IMG/VR virus record: IMGVR_UViG_3300037067_003088
Span: 50,953 to 70,952 of that record
Length of the DNA stretch: 20,000 nt
Direction: 5' to 3' (one strand)
Source of the DNA: an uncultured virus (IMG/VR IMGVR_UViG_3300037067_003088)
Taxonomy: Duplodnaviria > Heunggongvirae > Uroviricota > Caudoviricetes
Made by a program: the position numbers and the translations under genes
Shown: piece after piece, positions 1 to 6,966 of the stretch
How positions within the stretch are numbered: the stretch's first letter is position 1
Layout of the letters: each line of letters starts with the position of its first letter
The notes under the pieces: model-generated
The model's input: only the letters and a program-made list of their open reading frames with translations
Told to the model about the DNA's origin: nothing
The model's database searches: none

Positions 1-54
1 ATACCATTCCCATGAACATCTTACACATTTCACTTGCCGTATTGATTTACTCAT
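1..54 (-). CDS. Zn-ribbon-like small protein, N-terminal part only (runs off the window edge)
   Basis: Not in the ORF track. Manual translation from ATG at 54 gives MSKSIRQVKCVRCSWEWY, with a CxxC-xxx-W knuckle. SD-like GAGAGGG at 65-59 and a consensus promoter directly upstream. Confidence 0.75.
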   Translation of the reverse strand, partial: MSKSIRQVKCVRCSWEWY

Positions 55-95
55 CGTGCCCTCTCATTTAGTCTGTTCTACACTGTCTTTTTCTA

Positions 96-124
96 ATTAT
101 AACTATAACTATGTCGTATGTCAA
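96..124 (-). promoter_or_regulatory. Perfect sigma70-type promoter TTGACA-N17-TATAAT
   Basis: Minus strand: -35 TTGACA at 124-119, 17-nt spacer at 118-102, -10 TATAAT at 101-96. AT-rich UP-like sequence upstream. Points at the RBS and ATG at 54 and lies just downstream of the terminator. Confidence 0.9.
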
Positions 125-161
125 GAAAAATCTTCATCCAGATACAAAATATTTTTTGACA

Positions 162-189
162 ATAAAAAAGCCCCTGATTTTTCAGGGGC
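162..189 (-). terminator. Rho-independent terminator closing the late operon
   Basis: Minus strand GCCCCTGA-AAAA-TCAGGGGC (8-bp stem, 189-170) followed immediately by TTTTTTAT. Confidence 0.9.
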
Positions 190-193
190 CTTA

Positions 194-350
194 CGTCATA
201 CCCGGATATTTATTGACGATGGGAAGTATACCATCTATAACGAGTGCTGTTTCGGCACACACCGGGGAGTCGGATCATATGAGTTACGTACGTCCTGTTC
301 CGCTTATCGCAACCCCCGAAACATTTACCCATCCACAGGAGATTATGACG
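194..350 (-). ncRNA. Candidate structured RNA in the 3' untranslated region (family unrecognised)
   Basis: Longest gene-free stretch within the operon. Ends pair (CGUCAUA 350-344 / UAUGACG 200-194). Nested complementarities: GAUGGG/CCCAUC, UGUUUCGG/CCGAAACA, GGGUUG/CGACUC. No covariation evidence available. Confidence 0.35.
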
Positions 351-359
351 ATTTTAAAG

Positions 360-590
360 CTATTTTTTCCCTTTCATATAATCGTACTTATTCCAGAGTG
401 CCGCGCGGGAATAATTCGTACCAAACTTCTCATTAAACCATTTCACCAGTTTGTTCCAGGCAATGGGATTTTCGCCTATTCTTGCCCTGTCTAAACAGCG
501 AAACTGTATCTCTGTCAGGCCACGATCCGGGCACTCCCGCAGTTTGTCCAGTTCCGCGAAAAGCTCATCTTCCGTTATTTCGACGCTCAT
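360..590 (-). CDS. Small helix-turn-helix / Myb-SANT-like protein (76 aa)
   Basis: ATGA overlap with the upstream gene and GGAGG SD. The pattern W-x-K-L-x-x-W-F-N-E-K-F-G-x-x-x-S-x-x-A-L-x-x-K-Y resembles tri-helical Myb/homeodomain-like folds. Confidence 0.7.
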   Translation of the reverse strand: MSVEITEDELFAELDKLRECPDRGLTEIQFRCLDRARIGENPIAWNKLVKWFNEKFGTNYSRAALWNKYDYMKGKK

Positions 591-1423
591 ATCACAACCT
601 CCGGTGTCCGGGTGATGTTCCGAACGAAAGCGCGGGTGTAATGTTCCTCATCACCCTTTCTAAGTAGGATTCCCCCGAATTGCGGGAGCGTATTTCTTCC
701 GCCCTGAATTTTCCAAACGAACGGGGTTTTGAGTTGCCAGCCCGGAGTTGTTACCGAAATGCCGTATCCGCGATTTGTGGGGAACTCTGTTTTGCTGTAT
801 CGGTGACGGTGACTCCTCACAACAAAGTCGGGTGATGGCGTCTGCCAACGCCCGGCCTCTTCGCATTCAACGGCGAACTCGCGGGAAAGCGCGGTCGTCT
901 CATAAGCGGTACTCCCCGCCGTTCCGATATGGTGCATGATATGAGCAAGAGCGCCATTTTCTCCGCCGATACGCAGCCATAATTCGTTTCGGGCATAATT
1001 CCCGCCGGCGTCAGGAATAGCCCCAAGCGTTTCCGCAAGTATTTCCTCATTCTCCCCGCACGGCCCGGTATGCGCTTCGGTTCCACGAATCACATATAAT
1101 TGCGCCGCTTTTTCGATAAGGGGGAATAGGCATTCCATCGCAATATGGCGCTGGTCGTTCAAATTTTGTGATATTTGCGTTATTGCATTATGGTGTCGCC
1201 CGTCCATCAGGTCTCCGTTTAAAACAAGCACGAACTTTTCACCGCGAGTTACCATAGGAATCCATTCATTCCCCATTTCTTGCCACCACGCCCACGTTTT
1301 CCCCTGAAGCGGAGAGGATTGATACGTGCCACCGCCATCCAACGTTATAGGTTTGGGGGGACACAGCCCAAATTGACACCCGGAATGCAAATCAGAGATA
1401 ACGATTCCTTGGGATATATTCAT
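587..1423 (-). CDS. Calcineurin-like metallophosphoesterase (278 aa)
   Basis: Motifs in canonical order: VISDLH, NGDLMDG, RGTEAH (in place of GNH[D/E]), MHH, SHRH. ATGA overlaps at both ends. Confidence 0.88.
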   Translation of the reverse strand: MNISQGIVISDLHSGCQFGLCPPKPITLDGGGTYQSSPLQGKTWAWWQEMGNEWIPMVTRGEKFVLVLNGDLMDGRHHNAITQISQNLNDQRHIAMECLFPLIEKAAQLYVIRGTEAHTGPCGENEEILAETLGAIPDAGGNYARNELWLRIGGENGALAHIMHHIGTAGSTAYETTALSREFAVECEEAGRWQTPSPDFVVRSHRHRYSKTEFPTNRGYGISVTTPGWQLKTPFVWKIQGGRNTLPQFGGILLRKGDEEHYTRAFVRNITRTPEVVI

Positions 1424-1626
1424 CGGCCCTCATTGGCTATCAGTTGTTCCAATAGTATTTTTGCCCGCAATAACAACCGCTTATTCCCGGTTTCCTGCCA
1501 TTCCCGTATTCTATCAATTATTGATTCGGAAATGGGATTATTCGGCTCGTTTTGGATATTCAATGCATCACCGGGAACATAAGCCGTGCCGTCAAGGAGC
1601 GGTTTCATGAAATCGGGAATGTCCAT
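1420..1626 (-). CDS. Hypothetical protein (68 aa)
   Basis: Fills the gap between the holin-like gene (stop 3 nt upstream) and the phosphoesterase (ATGA overlap). Helical C-terminal half. Confidence 0.7.
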   Translation of the reverse strand: MDIPDFMKPLLDGTAYVPGDALNIQNEPNNPISESIIDRIREWQETGNKRLLLRAKILLEQLIANEGR

Positions 1627-1629
1627 GTT

Positions 1630-1893
1630 TTACCCACATGTCGGCGGTGGCGTGTTGTAATTGGGAGCCACCGGAAGTTCTCCGACAGAAGGCGGATTGG
1701 GAGCCGTTGGCGTCTTCAGGGCGATAATATCCACCGCACTTTGTCCAAACAGGTACGCAGCCGCAACCATCACGATTTCTTTGATTGTGCCTTCATCAAG
1801 GGCAATAGGCAACTGCTTATTGAGTACTACCAAAAGCGTTGTTCCTACCGCTACAAACAGTTTTTTGCTGAGAAACGTCTTGATCTTGTTCAT
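1630..1893 (-). CDS. Holin-like two-TM protein with Pro-rich tail (87 aa; start re-assigned from 1977 to 1893)
   Basis: GGAGGTG SD and ATGA overlap at 1890-1893. MNKIKTFLSKKLFVAVGTTLLVVL...IVMVAAAYLFGQSAVD matches the S(R/K)K...AY(I/L)xGQxxxD pattern of small phage holin-like proteins. Confidence 0.7.
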   Translation of the reverse strand: MNKIKTFLSKKLFVAVGTTLLVVLNKQLPIALDEGTIKEIVMVAAAYLFGQSAVDIIALKTPTAPNPPSVGELPVAPNYNTPPPTCG

Positions 1894-2351
1894 ATAACAC
1901 CTCCAATGAATAGCGCAATTCCAATCAGGAGCCGCGCCGAGTGAATGTAATACACCATATCGCCTTTTATTTGCCACACGCCGAGAAAGTTTTCATGGCA
2001 TTGAAAGAACTTCCCGCATCTATCGTAATTGTACAACATTTCGAGCAAGCCCCAACCGATAACAAACCCCCCGGATATATACCACCAGTTGAGATTGTGT
2101 CCCTTCAATAGGGCGAGAAAAAAATCAAAGACATTTATTTTCATGACAATACAGACCGTGACCGCTCCAATTATTGCCGCGTAAATATCACACCATTGTG
2201 ATATGCGGTGATACCATTTAAACCACCGATGACTTCTCACCCCTTCTTCCTTTACCGTTCCCGCCATCGGATCGGTGTGTTTCGTCATAATCATACCTTC
2301 CAGAAAACCCCGGAGAGCCAAATAAACGATTAAAAGTATTGCGAGTACCAT
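1890..2351 (-). CDS. Multi-pass membrane protein (153 aa, about 4 hydrophobic segments)
   Basis: AAGGAGG SD. Hydrophobic stretches VLAILLIVYLAL, IYAAIIGAVTVCIVM, WWYISGGFVIGWGLL, LLIGIALFIGGVI. Confidence 0.8.
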   Translation of the reverse strand: MVLAILLIVYLALRGFLEGMIMTKHTDPMAGTVKEEGVRSHRWFKWYHRISQWCDIYAAIIGAVTVCIVMKINVFDFFLALLKGHNLNWWYISGGFVIGWGLLEMLYNYDRCGKFFQCHENFLGVWQIKGDMVYYIHSARLLIGIALFIGGVI

Positions 2352-2366
2352 AAAGCCTCCTTACCA

Positions 2367-5300
2367 TTATCTGATTCTATTTGAGATTTCATTGGTTATT
2401 TCATTTTTGATTTCATTTGAAATTCCATCCGAAGTCGAAGTACTTCCCATGAATTCGTATGCTCCAATATCGGGGATACCTTTGATTGCGTTCCCGTCAA
2501 TATCATGTGTAAAACCAAGGCTTGCGCCAGCATTTATAGCTTTAGAACTGCCTTTAAGAGTGAGGCTGCTTGCAGATACGAATTTAGGATCGGATGCAAC
2601 AGACGCCGAGTCTTTCGCATCAGTGGCAATGAAAGCGGCCAATGACGCATGATAAGTACTGTAGTAAAACTGCTTTGTTGCATGGCCGATGTAGTATAAA
2701 TTGTTATCCGAGTTTAAGATAAGGGTGGTATTGACCGCGTATATCGCAAAGCACGAGTCCACGGTGGAATAGATGTTGTTTTTGTGGTTTATGGTCGATG
2801 CGGTATTGGCCGTTGATGTCTTTAATCCAAAACTATCAATATCATACAGGGTGTTGTTATATATATTGGCAGTATGAACGTTGGAATACGAAACAATGAT
2901 TCCCTCATATACGCCAGAGATCACATTCCCATAAATACTCACGCTGGAGTTGTCAACTGAAATCGCGGAAGAACCTACGGTATCGTAAATTTTGTTATAT
3001 CTCAGCGTATCTCCTGTGCAGTTGAAATCATTTATACCGTGTGTCCCGCCAATGCAGGTGTTGTACTCAATCACGCCATTCGTCGACTCCTCCACCATGA
3101 TAACCTGTTTCTGCCAAGCCCCGTGAGTCAAATAGTTATGGTGTATCCAGATGTTGCTGTCGGCTTGTTGCCCATGCTGGATGTTGTCACCTCCACCGGT
3201 TTCCGTTGTATCGTATAGGGCGACATTGCTGATGGTATTATATGCCACCTCAGCGTTGTTGCCACAGAACCAGATAGCATCATCCCCAACCCCGTCGATG
3301 GTGTTATGCAGGGCTTTGCAGTCGGGAGCATTGAACCGTATCGCTGACGAAGCCGTGCTGTCCGCAATATCATGAATGTTATTGTACTGGAAAATCATAT
3401 GCCCTACCGCGCCGGTCGGGTCGGATGGAGCATTGGTAATTCCTCCGGTGACGTAATTCTTTATTTCGAGGTATTCAAGCGTGTAGTATCCATAATTGAC
3501 ATTGGGCCGTCCATAGCCATAGGTGGCAATGTTATTCCCGTCCAATATTCCGGGAGCCGCCGCGTATCCACCGCTCACGACTATCTGCTTAGAAGGTGCG
3601 CCCAAGAATCCGTTTGTGATATACGCACTGGCCTCCGAACCTTCAAACGTCCCACATAAGTAGATCGAGTCTCCCGGCGAGAACTGCTTGGAGTTGAACG
3701 TTGACTTGGACATGGAGGTAGCATAGGACGCCCCTGTTTTCGTGACTGCTCCTCCAGACTGTGTCACATACCAGACAGCCGGCAACCGGAACGCCGCTTG
3801 AATCGTATGAGAGGTGTCAATGGCGCTGAAGGTGTACGAGAGCGCATTCGCGGCCCTCCATATCACAGCTCCATCCACATAGAGTGTGTCAATCGTGTAG
3901 CCCGCATCCGGGGTGATGGTGAAAGTCTGGCTGGCAGTCCCGGAGTCATACCACGCCGTAGGAGGGCTTATGGAACCATGAACGCCCGCGGTCACTGTGA
4001 TGGAGAACTGTGGGTATTCCAGCGCCCCGATGTCTGGCGTGTTGAGGATTGGATGCCCGTCATAGTCCGTTGTCAGGCCAACATCAACACCAGCATCAAT
4101 GGCCTTGGATGTGGGTTGCAGATGGTAGTCTGTGATTGCAGAAGTGGAGTCGATTTGTCCGACAAATTTGGGCCAACCGGTAAGGGAATTGGCATCTTGT
4201 CCTGTTGCGGTTTGCCATGCAGCGAGTGATATATAATTTATACTATTATATGTCCATCGATTTGAGTAACTGGTATCATAATAGAGATTGTTTGATCCTA
4301 CAAAAGATGTTAGTATTGAGGTTGTATAGATGAAAGATGGCACTGAATAAAAAAGGTTGTTTTTAATTATTGAGGTATTATTACCTACAAGTATACCCAA
4401 TAGTACTTTATCAAAAATATTATTATAAATTTCTACGGGTTGTGTGAATTGTATTCCGGTCATGAGTGAACCATGAAAAATATTGTACTTTATAACATTA
4501 TTACCACCCGTAGCACCAACAGCAATCCCTCTGCCGGATATGGCGACACTGTCTATTAGGCAATTTTGTATTGTAACGTTCCCACTTGTGCCACTTAAAA
4601 AGATGTTCCCTGGTTTGCTTATGGAGGGTAATATTCCCGTACCGAATTTAAAAGATAGATTAGAGAGGGTGATATAATTTTTTGAGGTTATCACCGCGCA
4701 GTAGTTCTTACTCCTACTTACCCCGCTCGTATCAGCCGCTTCATAATACTTCAGCAGCATGTAGTCATTGGTGTTCCCGGTCGTAGTCAGTGACTTCGCG
4801 GGATACTCGCCGTTGTAGCTGAGTGACCACGGCTTGACTGACGCACTCGGAACAGCCCCAGCCAGCAACAGCGCCCGTGACATGCGCCGTGTGCCAAGCA
4901 CTCCCTGTGACCAGACCGCATAGGAAGAGTCAGCCGCAGTGCCGCAATAAATAGCATAGAGGGGATTCGTAAGTGACCATGCCGAGGCTGCACCGAACCG
5001 GTAGAAAGCTGTATTCTTTGTGCTATCCCGTAAAGCAGCGAGCGTCCCTTTAAACAGGGAGTCGGCCTGCGCGCCATCGACAACAAAATTGAGAAAAACC
5101 ATGTCTTTAATGAGGCCATCAAATCCAGCATCTCGGGCTTCACGATTACCAATAATGACATTCCTTGCACCCGCCGCCCGTGTAGACGATACGGAATCAT
5201 CTGTCGCATACACGCCGTTGGAAAAGAATCTACACGTATTCCCGGCTGTATCACACGTTACTATGATATGGTTCCAGGCATTGAGTACAAAAGCGTCATT

Positions 5301-6359
5301 TGTCGAAACCGCTGGATTCTCATTCACATAAAGTAATATGGTGTTATTCGATCCTATCCGAAGTTGGAACTTTGTGGTAAATGTCCCTGAATTATTGTTG
5401 ACCAAATTCCCCATACCCTCGCTTCTAGGGAACACCCAGAATGCTATAGTTACATCTCCTGTCCCTATGAAGTCACTCCCCGTATCTACATAATCATCCA
5501 CGCCATCGAAGTCATACCCCAACGTGTCCGCGCCAGTCCCTGCAGAGTCGAGATGCGCTCCGTAGTTCGTTGCTGTTCTTTCAAGCCCTGAACTGTCAGG
5601 CACGTCATTAGTGGGGAACCAACCCGTACCCGGTGCGAACACTGAGGCCGGGGCCGCGCCGGTAAAGGTTGCCCTACCTGTGCCATAGCTCGTAACGACA
5701 ACCGCCGAATCAGCCGCGCCGGACACTGGCATTATCATACACGTGTCCCTTTGGCAAGCGCCGAAGTAGTCACCACCATTAAATTTCGCGCTGTCTCCAC
5801 CAGCCAGGGCCGCTGTTGTAAGACGGTTGAACAAAGCATGTGTCTGGTAAGGAGCCTCCTCAGTTCCGCTTCCCGCATCACTCCCGTCTGCCTTGAAATA
5901 AAGCACTCTCGGAGAATGCCGAGCATACTTTTCATCTATGACATAAAAGTGATACTTGCCCTTGTACTCGACCGTCTTCCCACTATACTGCGTTATGGAA
6001 ATATGGTCACTGTAAAGCTCCGCATACGGCCCATCAATTATATCCTCCAGCCAGTAAGCTGAATCCCGCGTCTGTTCAACGCCGAGTGAATCAATATACG
6101 TCTCCGTCATGTGCTTGTCAGTCTGTATGCGGAACCGGTACGCCTTGCCCTCTCCAGCCTTCATGACTTGCGGAACTTTCGTGTCCAAAGTGCCGCTGAT
6201 CTTTATTGGCATCTCATACTTATCGGAAATGGTAATCTCTTTGGCCGTGTCCAGTTTGAGTACGCCAGTCTTCTCATCAAACGTGCCCGCCTCTTGGATT
6301 TGGGCATTGACCGTTCCAGACAGGAAAAGTAATGCCATTATCATCAATGCCCGCTTCAT
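2367..6359 (-). CDS. Secreted-type multidomain protein (1330 aa): signal peptide, beta-helix with LamG insert, choice-of-anchor-Q-like motif, bacterial repeat domain, second beta-helix, second Q-like motif (start re-assigned from 6383 to 6359)
   Basis: GAGGT SD and ATGA overlap at 6356-6359. N-terminus MKRALMIMALLFLSGTVNA|Q. Beta-helix cap GSDAGSGTEEAPYQT. LamG motifs FDGVDDYV/TIAFWV/WNHIIVT/IGN..FDGLIKD (about 5520-5000). Asn-ladder repeats (IYNNIF, IKNNLF, IYNNTL, HKNNIY). SKAIDAG...PDIGALEY and SKAINAG...PDIGAYEF. ITVTAGVHGSISP...ITPDAGYTI..LYVDG repeat domain. Confidence 0.88.
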   Translation of the reverse strand: MKRALMIMALLFLSGTVNAQIQEAGTFDEKTGVLKLDTAKEITISDKYEMPIKISGTLDTKVPQVMKAGEGKAYRFRIQTDKHMTETYIDSLGVEQTRDSAYWLEDIIDGPYAELYSDHISITQYSGKTVEYKGKYHFYVIDEKYARHSPRVLYFKADGSDAGSGTEEAPYQTHALFNRLTTAALAGGDSAKFNGGDYFGACQRDTCMIMPVSGAADSAVVVTSYGTGRATFTGAAPASVFAPGTGWFPTNDVPDSSGLERTATNYGAHLDSAGTGADTLGYDFDGVDDYVDTGSDFIGTGDVTIAFWVFPRSEGMGNLVNNNSGTFTTKFQLRIGSNNTILLYVNENPAVSTNDAFVLNAWNHIIVTCDTAGNTCRFFSNGVYATDDSVSSTRAAGARNVIIGNREARDAGFDGLIKDMVFLNFVVDGAQADSLFKGTLAALRDSTKNTAFYRFGAASAWSLTNPLYAIYCGTAADSSYAVWSQGVLGTRRMSRALLLAGAVPSASVKPWSLSYNGEYPAKSLTTTGNTNDYMLLKYYEAADTSGVSRSKNYCAVITSKNYITLSNLSFKFGTGILPSISKPGNIFLSGTSGNVTIQNCLIDSVAISGRGIAVGATGGNNVIKYNIFHGSLMTGIQFTQPVEIYNNIFDKVLLGILVGNNTSIIKNNLFYSVPSFIYTTSILTSFVGSNNLYYDTSYSNRWTYNSINYISLAAWQTATGQDANSLTGWPKFVGQIDSTSAITDYHLQPTSKAIDAGVDVGLTTDYDGHPILNTPDIGALEYPQFSITVTAGVHGSISPPTAWYDSGTASQTFTITPDAGYTIDTLYVDGAVIWRAANALSYTFSAIDTSHTIQAAFRLPAVWYVTQSGGAVTKTGASYATSMSKSTFNSKQFSPGDSIYLCGTFEGSEASAYITNGFLGAPSKQIVVSGGYAAAPGILDGNNIATYGYGRPNVNYGYYTLEYLEIKNYVTGGITNAPSDPTGAVGHMIFQYNNIHDIADSTASSAIRFNAPDCKALHNTIDGVGDDAIWFCGNNAEVAYNTISNVALYDTTETGGGDNIQHGQQADSNIWIHHNYLTHGAWQKQVIMVEESTNGVIEYNTCIGGTHGINDFNCTGDTLRYNKIYDTVGSSAISVDNSSVSIYGNVISGVYEGIIVSYSNVHTANIYNNTLYDIDSFGLKTSTANTASTINHKNNIYSTVDSCFAIYAVNTTLILNSDNNLYYIGHATKQFYYSTYHASLAAFIATDAKDSASVASDPKFVSASSLTLKGSSKAINAGASLGFTHDIDGNAIKGIPDIGAYEFMGSTSTSDGISNEIKNEITNEISNRIR
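2376..2423 (-). repeat. Degenerate 12-bp coding tandem repeat, four copies (ISNE-IKNE-ITNE-ISNR)
   Basis: Plus strand shows ATTTCATT with 12-nt period. It encodes the extreme C-terminus of the 1330-aa protein. Confidence 0.75.
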
Positions 6360-6550
6360 ATAAACCTCGATTCTTTGAACCATTTGCGATCTTTGTGTTC
6401 CTGGACTTTGCCGATATTGTATTCGGTTGTTTTATATGCGTCTATAGTGATAGGACGATAATAACCCATAACGCGGGAATATATTTCTGTCGGTTGCCGC
6501 TCTGAATCCGGTATTTCTATTTTATGTCCTTTTACGGTTGCGGTGAGCAT
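6356..6550 (-). CDS. nrdD: Stand-alone C-terminal glycyl-radical domain of class III ribonucleotide reductase (NrdD-like, 64 aa; start re-assigned from 6682 to 6550)
   Basis: GGAGGG SD and TGATG overlap at 6548-6552. EIYSRVMGYYRP...YNIGKVQEHKDR matches the NrdD C-terminal RVxGY...NxGKxxExxxR signature. No catalytic barrel and no Zn-binding cysteines. Confidence 0.8.
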   Translation of the reverse strand: MLTATVKGHKIEIPDSERQPTEIYSRVMGYYRPITIDAYKTTEYNIGKVQEHKDRKWFKESRFI

Positions 6551-6966
6551 CAGCCCTCCACTTTCAAGCCGAACGCTTTTGTGTTTCTCATAACCGTCAT
6601 AAACAGGTCGAATGTTGCCCCGGAATTGAGCACCGCCCGTTCGCCTTTCAGCTTCCCGAACGAGGACGCCAGCAGGACGCAACCCCTTGAATCCGCTATC
6701 GTATTCCCGGAATGGAACAGTATCCTTGACCGCCCCGGAACGCCGGTAATTTCAAAGGTTTCCTTCCATTTTCCGCCGGTGATTTTTTCGATAAGCGGGG
6801 ACGGTGAACGCTGACATGAATATTGTCCGGTCGGGATGCAGCTTATCCCGTTCTGGTTCGCCCGCCAGGGTAGTTCAAGAGTCACACAGAATGCTTGCCC
6901 GTCAAGAACGAGCACCCCGAACGAACCTTCCGATCCCTGCTCTACACGCATGAGTTTTGCGGTCAT
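6550..6966 (-). CDS. DUF5675-like protein (L,D-transpeptidase-like HxGN...GC motif), candidate endolysin (138 aa)
   Basis: Motifs FCVTLELPW, SCIPTGQY, VPGRSRILFHSGNT..DSRGCVLL, NS..TF. Located beside membrane-protein genes in the usual lysis position. Confidence 0.82.
   Translation of the reverse strand: MTAKLMRVEQGSEGSFGVLVLDGQAFCVTLELPWRANQNGISCIPTGQYSCQRSPSPLIEKITGGKWKETFEITGVPGRSRILFHSGNTIADSRGCVLLASSFGKLKGERAVLNSGATFDLFMTVMRNTKAFGLKVEG

Noticed and set aside
100..109. TAACTATAAC, identical to the start of the I-CeuI site in 23S rRNA
   Set aside because: The match stops after 10 nt, there is no rRNA context, and it is explained by the promoter spacer repeat.
156..190. Divergent plus-strand promoter from TTGACA at 156-161
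   Set aside because: No -10-like hexamer at 16-18 nt spacing; that position falls in the terminator hairpin.
210..332. 40-codon minus-strand ORF MGKCFGGCDKRNRTYV...
   Set aside because: No SD, no coupling to the upstream stop and no motif. An RNA-structure explanation fits better, though translation is not excluded.
56..494. Plus-strand ORFs 56-436 and 111-494
   Set aside because: They run across the minus-strand promoter, terminator and the 360-590 gene, lack an SD, and have no recognisable motifs.
2367..6359. Diversity-generating retroelement target or template in the beta-helix gene
   Set aside because: No reverse transcriptase in the window, and no near-identical repeat pair differing only at adenines was seen. 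The internal duplication is old and visible only at protein level.
1894..6682. Longer ORF-track starts at 1977, 6383 and 6682
   Set aside because: Each overlaps the upstream gene extensively. The downstream ATGs at 1893, 6359 and 6550 have SD sites and stop-start overlaps.
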